This document shows positions 26,269 through 35,870 of a DNA stretch of 64,000 bases, in pieces (position 1 is the stretch's first letter; each line of letters opens with the position of its first letter). The stretch is from an uncultured virus (IMG/VR IMGVR_UViG_3300030202_001399). Taxonomy: Duplodnaviria; Heunggongvirae; Uroviricota; Caudoviricetes. The DNA lies in IMG/VR virus record IMGVR_UViG_3300030202_001399. One strand, written 5' to 3'. The position numbers and the translations under genes are program-made. A model generated the notes under the pieces. It was not told where the DNA came from. It saw nothing but the letters and a program-made list of their open reading frames with translations, and ran no database searches.

Positions 26269-27109
26269 AACAAAAGCAGTAACAACGAAAGAGTCTGATA
26301 AGGGGCAATACGCTCTCCGAAAGGAGGCTATGCTTCAACAGATTAAGGAGCGACAGGAGAATAACAAGTCGTTCCTATGTCTTGGTATTTGGGGTGAACC
26401 CAAGTCAGCAAAGTCAGCAACCGCTATGGATTTGCTAACTGAGGAAGACATAAAGAATGGGCAACATGTTCTAGTGTTTGATTTTGACAATAGAGCAATA
26501 GATGTGAAGCGTAATCATTACGATAACATTGAGAATCTAATTGTCTACAATCCTATTGTAAGAAAGGATGGTAGCCTAGTTGACTTCGATGAAACGATGA
26601 ACAATGCTAGAGCATTCTATGAGATGGCAAAAGAGTATCTTGCTGAAGACAAGTTGAAGGCAGTCATCGTAGATGGAGCAGATAAACTCCTGACTGATGT
26701 ATGTGAAACTAAGATGCGTGAGAAGCATGGTATGGATGCTGATACAGTAATCAAGCAACCGCCTTATGTTTGGGGAGATAGAAACACCCCTTACAAGAAC
26801 TTCTTGCATAAGCAGATACTAGAGATGCCTTGTCATCGAATAGTGATTGCTCACTCTAAAGACAAGTATGCGGGTAATCCAAACCCCGTTGGTGTAGAGG
26901 CTAACTGGCATTCTACAACAGAAGATATCTTCACTGCAACAGTGAGAATGTCGAGAGACATCAGGAAGAATGGTGCTACCTTTACCGCTATGGTCGAGGC
27001 AAGTGCTAGGAAGCCTGAGATGATTGGAAAGAGATTGAGAGTCTTGACTATCGAAGATGGAAAGATAGATTGGGCAGGATTCCCTGAAATCAAAGCAGGA
27101 GAACTTTGA
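26222..27109 (+). CDS. RecA-fold ATPase (Sak4/AAA_24/RadB-like)
   Basis: Walker A variant GEPKSAKS, 'VFDFD', Walker B 'VIVDG', 'VIAH'. Confidence 0.7.
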   Translation: MNITMVIEMSWTTTDKTKAVTTKESDKGQYALRKEAMLQQIKERQENNKSFLCLGIWGEPKSAKSATAMDLLTEEDIKNGQHVLVFDFDNRAIDVKRNHYDNIENLIVYNPIVRKDGSLVDFDETMNNARAFYEMAKEYLAEDKLKAVIVDGADKLLTDVCETKMREKHGMDADTVIKQPPYVWGDRNTPYKNFLHKQILEMPCHRIVIAHSKDKYAGNPNPVGVEANWHSTTEDIFTATVRMSRDIRKNGATFTAMVEASARKPEMIGKRLRVLTIEDGKIDWAGFPEIKAGEL

Positions 27110-27122
27110 ACGTAATGTAGAT

Positions 27123-27941
27123 GTGGGTAGGGGGGAAACCCCCTATCCCTTCTGCCATTTAGGAGGAATGAAAATGAGAATAGAAATAAACACAAAAACA
27201 CTAACAAACGCAATAGAAGATGTATGGATGAAAGGTAAGTATCACAACGGAGAGTCAGCAAAGAACAGTCAGTTAACTGACTATGCTATGCTTGAACTAG
27301 TACAGGATAACTTACTGAATCTGTACAATGCAGATAATCAAACCATCTGTCGAGTATCTATTCCTGTAATACGAAACACAGGAAGAGATGAACATAATAT
27401 GATGGTTGTTGAGATAGATAAGATACTAAAGTATCTGAAGACATTCACAGGAGATACTGTTCTGTTAGAAGTAGCAGACTATATTCTGCTGCAATCAGAA
27501 GGTGGTGGTAAAAGAGCAAGCCTTCCACTGGTTGTGAATCACCCAAATGCATCAATGATTGCTAGGATACAGAACTTCACAATCACACCTGAGAAACCTG
27601 TGTTTAGCAGTGTCAACTTTGAGACTGTAATAACAACAGGGTCTAACATACTTACAGATGCAATCAAGACTTGTGATGTAATCAACAATGCAAAGTATAT
27701 GTTTAACACAGATGGTGAAGATTTTCACATATGCAGTAGAAAGTCTGACATTGATATGGTAGACGTAGAAGTATCTACTCTATCTATTAGTGGTGAAGCA
27801 TCAACAGTAGAGATAACTGGTCAGTTCCACAAGTTCTTTCGTGGTACTGTACCTGTCACTATCTATTTGAAAGACGAGTCTCCTGTCATTTGGGCAGGTG
27901 AAGATAGAATATTAATCAAAGCCCCATATATTACACGGTGA
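27123..27941 (+). CDS. pcn: PCNA-like sliding clamp (start probably near 27168)
   Basis: About 255 aa with a two-domain clamp pattern; C-terminal 'IYLKDESPV...ILIKAP'; directly upstream of polB. Confidence 0.7.
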   Translation: MGRGETPYPFCHLGGMKMRIEINTKTLTNAIEDVWMKGKYHNGESAKNSQLTDYAMLELVQDNLLNLYNADNQTICRVSIPVIRNTGRDEHNMMVVEIDKILKYLKTFTGDTVLLEVADYILLQSEGGGKRASLPLVVNHPNASMIARIQNFTITPEKPVFSSVNFETVITTGSNILTDAIKTCDVINNAKYMFNTDGEDFHICSRKSDIDMVDVEVSTLSISGEASTVEITGQFHKFFRGTVPVTIYLKDESPVIWAGEDRILIKAPYITR

Positions 27942-27945
27942 TTAC

Positions 27946-29625
27946 ATGATAATAGCAAACACGAAAGACGGCATTCTTCTAAGATGGAGGGATGAGGAAG
28001 ATAGAAGAGTAGAGAAGTCTATATCATTCAAGGAGTTCAGTCCGTATTTCTTTATTCGTAGTGCCGATTATGCGGATGATAATTCAACTGGTCTAATACC
28101 AGTGAAAGAAGGCTACCGAGGAAAGGAAGGTATAATGGTTCAACTTTACTTTGAACAAGGTGACTGGAAGAACCTTGAAGGAGAACAATTGACAAAGATA
28201 ACATGGTCTCCTTCCAAGACAGGTAAAACAGAAGCAGGAGCAATGACACATAAGGTGAAGACACATTACCATGACAGAGACATTCAAACATACGAGGCAG
28301 ATGTACAACATCATTACAGATATGCTGTTGATGAATTAGAGACAATGCCTGAATACAATCTACGCAAGTGGTATTGGGATATGGAATGGATGCAAGGAGG
28401 AGAGCATGATGGAGCGATTACTGCTATTGTAGTGTATGATAACTACGATGATGAATACTACACACTGACTTGGCAACCTGACTCTGATGAGTCTGAGAGA
28501 ACAGTTCTTGAGAGATTTATTCTGATGATTACAGAGAAAGACCCTGATATGCTTATCTCTTGGTTCGGATGGAAGTTCGATTTGCCCAAGTTGATTGAAA
28601 GACTTCAGGTAAACGGAATCGACCCAAGACTTCTCTCTCCAATTCAGGAAGTGAAAGGAGTAGAATGGGATATCAAGGGAAGAAAGGTTATCTTGAAGAA
28701 CAAGCAGATTGAGAATTACTCACCTATTGCACAACCAATCAAAGGTAGGATTTGTGTTCCACTGGATTTAGCATTTGAAAGACAATGGAATGATGCTCAA
28801 AGAGGGACACTACCTTCTCTATCTCTAGACTATGTATCAGAAAGCGTATTGGGAGAGAAGAAGTTAGTTAGCGAGAAGTTTCCTGATAAGAACGAGTTCT
28901 TCAGAAGAGGTTGGCAAGAAGACTCTGAAACATATCTAGAGTATGCTGTTAAAGACGTTGAGTTAATCAAGAGGATAGACGATGAGAACTTCACTACTGA
29001 AGCAATACTCTCGTTACAACGTTTGCTGATTGCTCCCTTCGATGCTTGCTTCTATGCTTCCAACATGGGTGGAATATACTTCATGCGGAATGCCTCATGG
29101 AAAGCCCCTACGGGCAGAAAAGGTGACAGGGTAGAGTATGATGGTGCAATGGTCTATGACCCTCTCAGTGAGGCTACAAATGGTCTTCATTTGGGTGTTG
29201 CAGCATTTGACTTTGCTGGTCTATATCCATCTATGATGATAGCAAGAAACATATCATGGGAAACCAAGTCTGCAACCATTACTGAGTTTGGTGTAAATCT
29301 GAAGACTCCTAAAGACTTCTCTGAAATTAAAGACCATGACATGAGATACTACAAGACTGATAGTTTAGGATTGTTACCAAAGGCTGTCTTGGAACTAAAA
29401 CAGTTGAGAAACGAATACAAAGTGAAAATGAAAGAAAGTGAAAGTAAAAGTGAATATGTGAAATGGAACAACAACCAACTTGCAGTCAAGAGATTGATGG
29501 CATCATTCTATGGTATCATTGCGTATCAGGGATTTGGTTGGGCTGATGTTGACCTAGCAGCGAGCATTACTGCTAGTGCAAGAGAAGCAATTCGCATTGC
29601 AGCGTTCAAAGTGAGGGAATTATAA
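27946..29625 (+). CDS. polB: Family B DNA polymerase, N-terminal part (exonuclease plus motifs A and B)
   Basis: ExoI 'WDME', ExoII 'FDL', ExoIII 'YAVKD', 'FDFAGLYPSMM', 'KRLMASFYG'. Confidence 0.92.
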   Translation: MIIANTKDGILLRWRDEEDRRVEKSISFKEFSPYFFIRSADYADDNSTGLIPVKEGYRGKEGIMVQLYFEQGDWKNLEGEQLTKITWSPSKTGKTEAGAMTHKVKTHYHDRDIQTYEADVQHHYRYAVDELETMPEYNLRKWYWDMEWMQGGEHDGAITAIVVYDNYDDEYYTLTWQPDSDESERTVLERFILMITEKDPDMLISWFGWKFDLPKLIERLQVNGIDPRLLSPIQEVKGVEWDIKGRKVILKNKQIENYSPIAQPIKGRICVPLDLAFERQWNDAQRGTLPSLSLDYVSESVLGEKKLVSEKFPDKNEFFRRGWQEDSETYLEYAVKDVELIKRIDDENFTTEAILSLQRLLIAPFDACFYASNMGGIYFMRNASWKAPTGRKGDRVEYDGAMVYDPLSEATNGLHLGVAAFDFAGLYPSMMIARNISWETKSATITEFGVNLKTPKDFSEIKDHDMRYYKTDSLGLLPKAVLELKQLRNEYKVKMKESESKSEYVKWNNNQLAVKRLMASFYGIIAYQGFGWADVDLAASITASAREAIRIAAFKVREL

Positions 29626-29825
29626 TGCCAATTAAGAGTGCAACAATAGATTTAGCAAAAGTATCTGAAGAAGACACTAAATCTGAGACTGAACTTAGAA
29701 AACAAGCGTTCACACAGATTCTAAAGGATACTAGACTGGTTATTAAGATAATAAGTCGATTACTAATCGGTTTCGTGTTTGTATACGGTGCTGTATCAAT
29801 ATTACAGGATGTGAATCTAATATGA
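29625..29825 (+). CDS. Small membrane protein inserted between the polB halves
   Basis: C-terminal hydrophobic helix; TAATG coupling. Confidence 0.6.
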   Translation: MPIKSATIDLAKVSEEDTKSETELRKQAFTQILKDTRLVIKIISRLLIGFVFVYGAVSILQDVNLI

Positions 29826-29938
29826 GTATAGAAGAGTGGTCACAAGACCGATTTGCAACACTAGCACTACTCAGAACTGTTTTTGGTCTTGTGAAAGTGA
29901 TTATTGCGGCTATTATAGCAGTGGAGTTGTTAACATGA
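29822..29938 (+). CDS. 38-aa membrane peptide inserted between the polB halves, not in the ORF track
   Basis: MSIEEWSQDRFATLALLRTVFGLVKVIIAAIIAVELLT; ATGA overlaps at both ends. Confidence 0.55.
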   Translation: MSIEEWSQDRFATLALLRTVFGLVKVIIAAIIAVELLT

Positions 29939-30870
29939 AGGTGGTTTACGGACATACTGACTCAATTTACGTTGATATTGAGGACAATAGCATTGAAACT
30001 GCTAAACAAACTCTAAAAATACTCAATGACCATGTTAGGAAGGCATTTCCTAACGTTATGGGACTAGAAGAACATCCTGTGACCCTAGAGTTTGAGAAAT
30101 ACTTCCGAACTTTAGGTGTTGGGGCAACAAAGAACAGAAATGCTGGCCTAATTACTTGGAAAGACGGTGACTTCCTCGATGAAGAGGAGTTTACGATGAC
30201 TGGATTCACTGCTAAGAGAGTTTCATTGACAAAACTAGCAAAAGAAGTACAACTTGCTGTTCTAAACATGTGGGTAGAAGGTAAAACAGAGCAAGAAATC
30301 GTTTCTTACTTGAATGACAAGTATAATTCTGTTATGAGAGGCAAGATTCCTCTATCAGATGTTCTACAAAGAAGCAGATTTCGTGAAGAGAGATTCAGAT
30401 TAGTCTGCAAGGATTGTAATCCGAAGGCTAGATTCGACAAAGGATGGAACAACAAGTCCGTAAGTGTATTCGATTTGATGAATCACGGAGGGTGCATAGA
30501 TGATATGGGTAGAGTGATGGAGCATACCAACTTCGTAACTGTTGGTGGTAAAAGACCAACGTTTGGTTCAGGAGTTGAAGGTGTCTTGTTTAGTCATTCA
30601 CAAGGATATGAGAAGATAGAGGACACTTATCTATACCTTAGAATTAAGGATTGTAGAGAACATTATCTGCATCCAATAACTAAGCAGTTCACTACCCCTA
30701 ATTATGTGTCTAGGTTAACTGCTGATGAGTTCAGTGATTTTAGTCCTGATTGGTCTCACTACGCAGAATCAGTAGTGAAGAAAGCAGAGCCTATCTTCAG
30801 AGCAATGGGGTGGGATATCATGCAGATAAAGAAAGACACACAACAATCATCTTTGGAGGAATGGTTTTGA
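29935..30870 (+). CDS. polB: Family B DNA polymerase, C-terminal part (motif C plus thumb)
   Basis: Starts MKVVYGHTDSIYV; 'LEFEK', 'KNRNAG'; C-terminal PIP box QQSSLEEWF. Confidence 0.9.
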   Translation: MKVVYGHTDSIYVDIEDNSIETAKQTLKILNDHVRKAFPNVMGLEEHPVTLEFEKYFRTLGVGATKNRNAGLITWKDGDFLDEEEFTMTGFTAKRVSLTKLAKEVQLAVLNMWVEGKTEQEIVSYLNDKYNSVMRGKIPLSDVLQRSRFREERFRLVCKDCNPKARFDKGWNNKSVSVFDLMNHGGCIDDMGRVMEHTNFVTVGGKRPTFGSGVEGVLFSHSQGYEKIEDTYLYLRIKDCREHYLHPITKQFTTPNYVSRLTADEFSDFSPDWSHYAESVVKKAEPIFRAMGWDIMQIKKDTQQSSLEEWF

Positions 30871-31247
30871 GGAGTTTCTACAACAGTCTATCTTGGACTA
30901 ACAAAAGAAGAATAGACAAATGGAGTGCTAGGTTTAGTGCTATCAAAGACTGGATAACTCCCAAGGCAAAGAAGATGGTATCCGAAGTAGAGATACCAAA
31001 GATAGAGATGCCTAAGATGGAGATTCCAAAACTAAGAAAGGAAAAAGACGTAGAAGTAGTAACAGAGATATTTCCTGATGACCATACGTTCATCGGTTAT
31101 AGAATAGAAAAACATTCTAAGGGTGATAAGATTGTCATGATACAAGAACCCCCACACCCAACAGAGTGTACTTGCAAACAATGCATGGACAAATTAGGGG
31201 ACGAAATCATGAGCAGAAGAAAGGTGAATACAGATGAGACAGAGTAA
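30750..31247 (+). CDS. Hypothetical protein (start probably near 30860)
   Basis: EIPK repeats; CTCKQC. Confidence 0.5.
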   Translation: MVSLRRISSEESRAYLQSNGVGYHADKERHTTIIFGGMVLRSFYNSLSWTNKRRIDKWSARFSAIKDWITPKAKKMVSEVEIPKIEMPKMEIPKLRKEKDVEVVTEIFPDDHTFIGYRIEKHSKGDKIVMIQEPPHPTECTCKQCMDKLGDEIMSRRKVNTDETE

Positions 31248-32115
31248 TACGAATGAATACACATACCAATGGAATACAGAAAACTATGGGAAAGAAGGAG
31301 AACCAATACTGAAGATATCAAAGTCTTCATTAGGTTCTTATCAATGGTGTCCTAAAAGATACGAGTTTCAGTATGTCGAAAGAAGACCAATAGAAACAAC
31401 TGAAGTTATGCTTAAGGGGAGTATCATACACAATGCTAGAGAAGCATTCTTCAATGCGTTCGATGTTAAGAAAGCAGAGAACCTTTCCCATACAGAATTA
31501 GTTAACTACTGTATGAGTTTACATCCCATAGATGACTATACAGAAATGTATGAAGCAATGTCTATCTTTGAAGCAAATAGATTTATGGAATCAAGAGAAG
31601 AAGGAACTATTGATGATTTTGTTCCTGTTGTGAATGAAGTAATGCTAGATGCTAAAATAACAATTAGAAAGGATGAGAACCCTAAGTATGAATTATCACA
31701 AGACTATACTGTTCACTTACAAGGAATCATTGACAGGATGTTCAAGGAAGGAGATAGATACATCCCTATGGAATTGAAAACTGGTGGATGGAAAGACTGG
31801 AAGAAAACTATGATGAGAAAGGAGATGGCTTTCTACAAGATTCTATTTGAAAATACACCTAATGAAGAGTTAGAAGCAATGGGTATTGACCCTAGTTTAC
31901 CTATCTCTCATTGGGGGTGGTATTATCCTGCTGCTAACTACATCTACGTTGAAGATGCAAAGAAGAGTAGTATGACTGCTGTTAAGAAAGGAATAGCAGA
32001 AATGATTCATTCATATGAGACTGGTATCTTCCCAACTAAGTATTTCGCAAAGACATGTTCAAATTGTAGTTTCTTCGGCATATGTGATGCTGCTAATACG
32101 GAGAGTTGGTTTTAG
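31234..32115 (+). CDS. Cas4/RecB-like PD-(D/E)xK nuclease with Fe-S cysteines
   Basis: 'CPKR', 'GSIIH', 'GIIDR', 'ELKTG', 'CSNCSFFGIC'. Confidence 0.85.
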   Translation: MRQSNTNEYTYQWNTENYGKEGEPILKISKSSLGSYQWCPKRYEFQYVERRPIETTEVMLKGSIIHNAREAFFNAFDVKKAENLSHTELVNYCMSLHPIDDYTEMYEAMSIFEANRFMESREEGTIDDFVPVVNEVMLDAKITIRKDENPKYELSQDYTVHLQGIIDRMFKEGDRYIPMELKTGGWKDWKKTMMRKEMAFYKILFENTPNEELEAMGIDPSLPISHWGWYYPAANYIYVEDAKKSSMTAVKKGIAEMIHSYETGIFPTKYFAKTCSNCSFFGICDAANTESWF

Positions 32116-32177
32116 TGAAGTGGAAAGAATACTTTAGGCGGAAGAAAGAATACAAAGAAAGGAGGAAAAAGAAATGA
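32115..32177 (+). CDS. 20-aa basic micro-peptide, not in the ORF track
   Basis: GTG start overlaps the Cas4 TAG; TGA overlaps the next ATG; MKWKEYFRRKKEYKERRKKK. Confidence 0.45.
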   Translation: MKWKEYFRRKKEYKERRKKK

Positions 32178-32548
32178 TAGATAAAATGGTAAAAGAAGAA
32201 TTAAACCAAAAGATTTGGTCTTTCACAGAGATAGCAAATGTATCTGAGACCGTTGAAAACTTAGCAGAGGCTGTCTATGAGAAGATGCCTACTACTGATA
32301 AGTTGAAGATGGTTTGGGATACAGATGTATTCGCAGAAGAGAGAACACCGTTTGGGCAGATATACATGAACACAGTCATGTCAGAATTAAGAATAAGAAT
32401 AGCAGAAATTGTAAGAGCAGAATTGCTTGAAGCAAAAGTCTCGTTTAAGGAGGTTAATAAAAATGAAAATGCCAAGAGAAGTGTGGGCAGGAAGTCATCT
32501 AAGAAACGCACCACAAATGAAAAGAAGAGTAGTGAAGACGAAGAGTGA
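32174..32548 (+). CDS. Hypothetical protein
   Basis: GGAGG SD; in operon. Confidence 0.6.
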   Translation: MIDKMVKEELNQKIWSFTEIANVSETVENLAEAVYEKMPTTDKLKMVWDTDVFAEERTPFGQIYMNTVMSELRIRIAEIVRAELLEAKVSFKEVNKNENAKRSVGRKSSKKRTTNEKKSSEDEE

Positions 32549-33473
32549 GTTTGTTAATTGGTTCAACTCGTTCAACGGGAAAATGAACTGTTATACGACA
32601 GTCTATGACTTTGAACACTTCAAGAATGAAGTAAAGATGGAGAACTCTGTGGTATTGGATAGAGCATTCTTAGATTTCGATGCTCATGATGAACCGTTAG
32701 AAGATGCTTATCGTGACCTTAAGAAAGTAGTATCAGATTTAGTTGCTGAAGATATCGTCTTCAAAATGTATTTTAGTGGAAAGGGTTTCCATGTTTTTGT
32801 TTATGGAGAACCCGTTGATGATATCCGATGCATTCAACAGTATTATTCCAAAGTCAGTGATGGTGTGCCTACGCTTGATAGAACGGGCATACAGACTAAT
32901 AGGTTGAGAAGATTACCAAACTCTATGAATCTAAGTAGTTCTGATGAAAATGGTAATCCTTACTTTTGTATTCCCCTACTTGTGAGTGATTTGGATGGTA
33001 GTCTAGATGTTATATTGGAGATGGCTAAGAAACCTAGAAAGATAGTATCAAACAACGGAACTAACCTAGTAGTATTTCCTGAGATGCAACCAATCGAGAT
33101 GAGTGATATAGAGGTAGACATTCCAACACCTGTTGGTAAGATACCAATACTTCCTTGTATGCACAATGCAATTATGGTGGAGAATCCTAGTCATTATGCT
33201 AGAGTATATCTTGTTCAGTGGTATCGTGATTTACTGAGCATGGGTAATAGGAATCCAACTCCTGAGCAGAACAAACAGATTACAACCAATATAATGAACG
33301 AACTAGAAACAATAGCATCAAAGCCGGACATATGGCTTGATTGGAATGCTCCTACCACAGAGCGATATGTTAGAGGGATTGTGGACAAGGGTTACAACGC
33401 ACCTAGTTGTGGCAATGTTCTAATCCCACAAGGATTCTGCGTAGGAAAGTGTTGGAGGTATCATGATGGATAA
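32463..33473 (+). CDS. Archaeo-eukaryotic primase, PriS fused to a PriL Fe-S domain
   Basis: 'FLDFD', 'FSGKGFH', 'RLRRLPNS'; C-terminal 'LPCM...HYAR...YNAPSC...FC..KC'. Confidence 0.85.
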   Translation: MKMPREVWAGSHLRNAPQMKRRVVKTKSEFVNWFNSFNGKMNCYTTVYDFEHFKNEVKMENSVVLDRAFLDFDAHDEPLEDAYRDLKKVVSDLVAEDIVFKMYFSGKGFHVFVYGEPVDDIRCIQQYYSKVSDGVPTLDRTGIQTNRLRRLPNSMNLSSSDENGNPYFCIPLLVSDLDGSLDVILEMAKKPRKIVSNNGTNLVVFPEMQPIEMSDIEVDIPTPVGKIPILPCMHNAIMVENPSHYARVYLVQWYRDLLSMGNRNPTPEQNKQITTNIMNELETIASKPDIWLDWNAPTTERYVRGIVDKGYNAPSCGNVLIPQGFCVGKCWRYHDG

Positions 33474-34155
33474 ACTAAAGATTGACAGTAGAGAAGACTC
33501 TGAACTCTCAGAGTTAGTAGAAAAGTATTGTCAAGACATGAACATACCCTATGAGAAAGAGTGGTTAGACATCGGAGACTACACCTTTGCTGATGTATGC
33601 TTTGAAGCGAAGTCAACATTTGATTTCCTTTCATCTGTGATTAACAAACGACTTTGGAATCAGTTAGATAACATGGATGCGAAGTTCGTCAATAACATTG
33701 TAATTGTATATGGCAGTTTTAATGATGCTCTAGAGAATCACTTGCATTATGTCAATAACAAAGCAGGTCAAGCAAGGATGTTAAGAAACAAGTTTGATGG
33801 AGCATTTGGTAAGATAATACTCGATACAGATGCTAATATTATTTGGGTATCATCTGCTAGACAAGCAGCGAGATTAATTGCTGTTGTCTGTAAGATGCAT
33901 CCAATAGACAGGGAGATTCATACTCCAAGTATTATACGAAAAAGAATAGCAACAACTGATTTGCGAGTTGATGTGCTATGTACAATAAAGGGCATCAGCC
34001 CAAAGAAAGCAAAACTCCTGATAGAAAGGTTTGGCTCTATCATGGAGATAGGAGAAGCATCCATCGAGGAGATATGTGAATTAGATGGATTCGGAAAGGT
34101 GATTGCCAAAAGGCTAATCGATGTGCTAAACAAAGAAGAAAAAATGGTGATATAA
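33463..34155 (+). CDS. XPF/ERCC4 (Hef-like) structure-specific nuclease
   Basis: 'IDSRE', 'GDY', 'EAKS..DF..S', tandem HhH motifs. Confidence 0.88.
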   Translation: MMDKLKIDSREDSELSELVEKYCQDMNIPYEKEWLDIGDYTFADVCFEAKSTFDFLSSVINKRLWNQLDNMDAKFVNNIVIVYGSFNDALENHLHYVNNKAGQARMLRNKFDGAFGKIILDTDANIIWVSSARQAARLIAVVCKMHPIDREIHTPSIIRKRIATTDLRVDVLCTIKGISPKKAKLLIERFGSIMEIGEASIEEICELDGFGKVIAKRLIDVLNKEEKMVI

Positions 34156-35622
34156 ATGAATGATAAATATGAATATGATGAAGACAGACTGTATTATGAA
34201 GGACTAAGCGATGAAAACGTTTTACCCATAGAAAGAAAAAACAACTTGCCTAAGATAGTGGAAGAGTATGTTAAGAGTGCAGCAGATATGTCAAAGTATA
34301 ACGAGATACCAGCAGCAATTGGTTTCTTTGTTATCTTAGGACAGTTAGCAAAAGACATGGTTGTTATACCAAGTGGTACTAGAAGAGATGACACTAGAAT
34401 ACAATTCATTTGGATGCAGACATCAGGAACAGGAAAAACAGAATTGTATAACTTCTTTGGGCCTGTTGCTAGGGAATCTTTCAGAATGATAAATGCAAAA
34501 CACGGAACTGAGTTCAATGTCTTTTCTGTGGATGATGCTACTGATGCTGCCTTGATAGGGTCTAACACAAAGGAACGAGTAGCAGTTGAAGATGATAATG
34601 GCAACACTACTTGGGAAGAACAGATTATCAAAATCGATGGTGGTCTAGAGGGAAGCGGATTGATTGCCTATGATGAGTTTGAATACTCAGGAGTTTTCAA
34701 AGTGTCTCAACACAAAGAGAATGTTATCATGTACTTGAATAAGTTAATGAATACTCTTTGGGGAGAGAACTGGATTATAGAAAAGAAACTAAAGGAAGGA
34801 GATATGATTGAGTGCAGAAGTCAAAGAAGTCTATACTCAACCACATATATCCCTAAGACCCTAACAAATGTGATTGCAGAAAAGGGAGTAATACAGAGAA
34901 CTCTAATTTACATCAATGAAGTTCCACAGGAAATACAGGATGAATTAAGAGAAATGATACTGGATGAAATAGGAACAATCAAACCAAGAAATGCTCCTAT
35001 CCAAAGATTCGCTAATAATTACGTTTTAATCTATGACGCATTAAAAGAACGGTTTGAAGATGCAGGTCGTGACCCACTTCACACAATCAGATTCGGTAGA
35101 GGATTTAATGATGCTCTAAAGAATGAATCTAGAAAGATGAGAAACTATGTAGCATCAAGCAGACCTGAAGTATTCGAGATTGCTGGTAACTTCATCACAC
35201 GGCTAAATCAGACTATGACTAGGCTTGCAGTATTGTGTTGTATTGCTGAAGCACCGAACATCAAAGACACAGAGAAAAGGTTCATTGTAACTGAAAGGCA
35301 TGTACGTCAAGCCTCTTCTCTCATTCGACAATGCTATAAATCGCTGGTTACGTGGCTCGATGTAGCCTTGAAGGTGAAGACTCATGCTTTGCATGAGAAA
35401 GTAAATGTTAATGCGTTTAAAATGGCCTACAATAAGTTGTTAAGAGAAGATGATGAGGGTTGGGTAAACAAGGCACTACTGTTAGAAAAAGTGAGGAAAG
35501 ATACGAAAAAAGGTCAAGCAACCATTTACAGACAGTTTAAGGAGATTTCAGATATGTACGATAACAAGAAAATCGGTATCAGGGCATATGTGAAGATGAA
35601 AAATAAGGAGGAAAAACAATGA
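34156..35622 (+). CDS. MCM-like AAA+ helicase (lacks the typical MCM N-terminal domain)
   Basis: Walker A 'SGTGKT', 'ATDAALIG', Walker B 'AYDEF', C-terminal wHTH-like region. Confidence 0.7.
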   Translation: MNDKYEYDEDRLYYEGLSDENVLPIERKNNLPKIVEEYVKSAADMSKYNEIPAAIGFFVILGQLAKDMVVIPSGTRRDDTRIQFIWMQTSGTGKTELYNFFGPVARESFRMINAKHGTEFNVFSVDDATDAALIGSNTKERVAVEDDNGNTTWEEQIIKIDGGLEGSGLIAYDEFEYSGVFKVSQHKENVIMYLNKLMNTLWGENWIIEKKLKEGDMIECRSQRSLYSTTYIPKTLTNVIAEKGVIQRTLIYINEVPQEIQDELREMILDEIGTIKPRNAPIQRFANNYVLIYDALKERFEDAGRDPLHTIRFGRGFNDALKNESRKMRNYVASSRPEVFEIAGNFITRLNQTMTRLAVLCCIAEAPNIKDTEKRFIVTERHVRQASSLIRQCYKSLVTWLDVALKVKTHALHEKVNVNAFKMAYNKLLREDDEGWVNKALLLEKVRKDTKKGQATIYRQFKEISDMYDNKKIGIRAYVKMKNKEEKQ

Positions 35623-35870
35623 CAAAAAAAGATACATACGAACATCAGTTCTTGGTGTTCAACGTTAGTGACGGCCCGAAAGTGATAAATGAGTCCCTGA
35701 ATACATATGGGAAAGATGGATGGTATCTATCGACAATGATAACAGTTGGCGGTGGAGAGCATCTAGTAGCATGGATAGTTAAACCAAATCTAATCCTTGC
35801 TCCAAACCCAGCAGAGGCACAGGCGAAGAAACTAGCATCTCTTTGGACAGGGGACAGTGGTGACGAGTGA
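35619..35870 (+). CDS. DUF4177-like small protein
   Basis: 'LNTYGKDGWYL' pattern. Confidence 0.55.
   Translation: MTKKDTYEHQFLVFNVSDGPKVINESLNTYGKDGWYLSTMITVGGGEHLVAWIVKPNLILAPNPAEAQAKKLASLWTGDSGDE

Noticed and set aside
29836..29934. N-terminal 33 aa of the supplied 344-aa ORF
   Set aside because: Overlaps the 38-aa membrane ORF; polymerase homology begins at ATG 29935
29625..29935. Intein or intron interrupting polB
   Set aside because: No C1/HN-C intein ends or intron core; the gap is filled by two coupled ORFs
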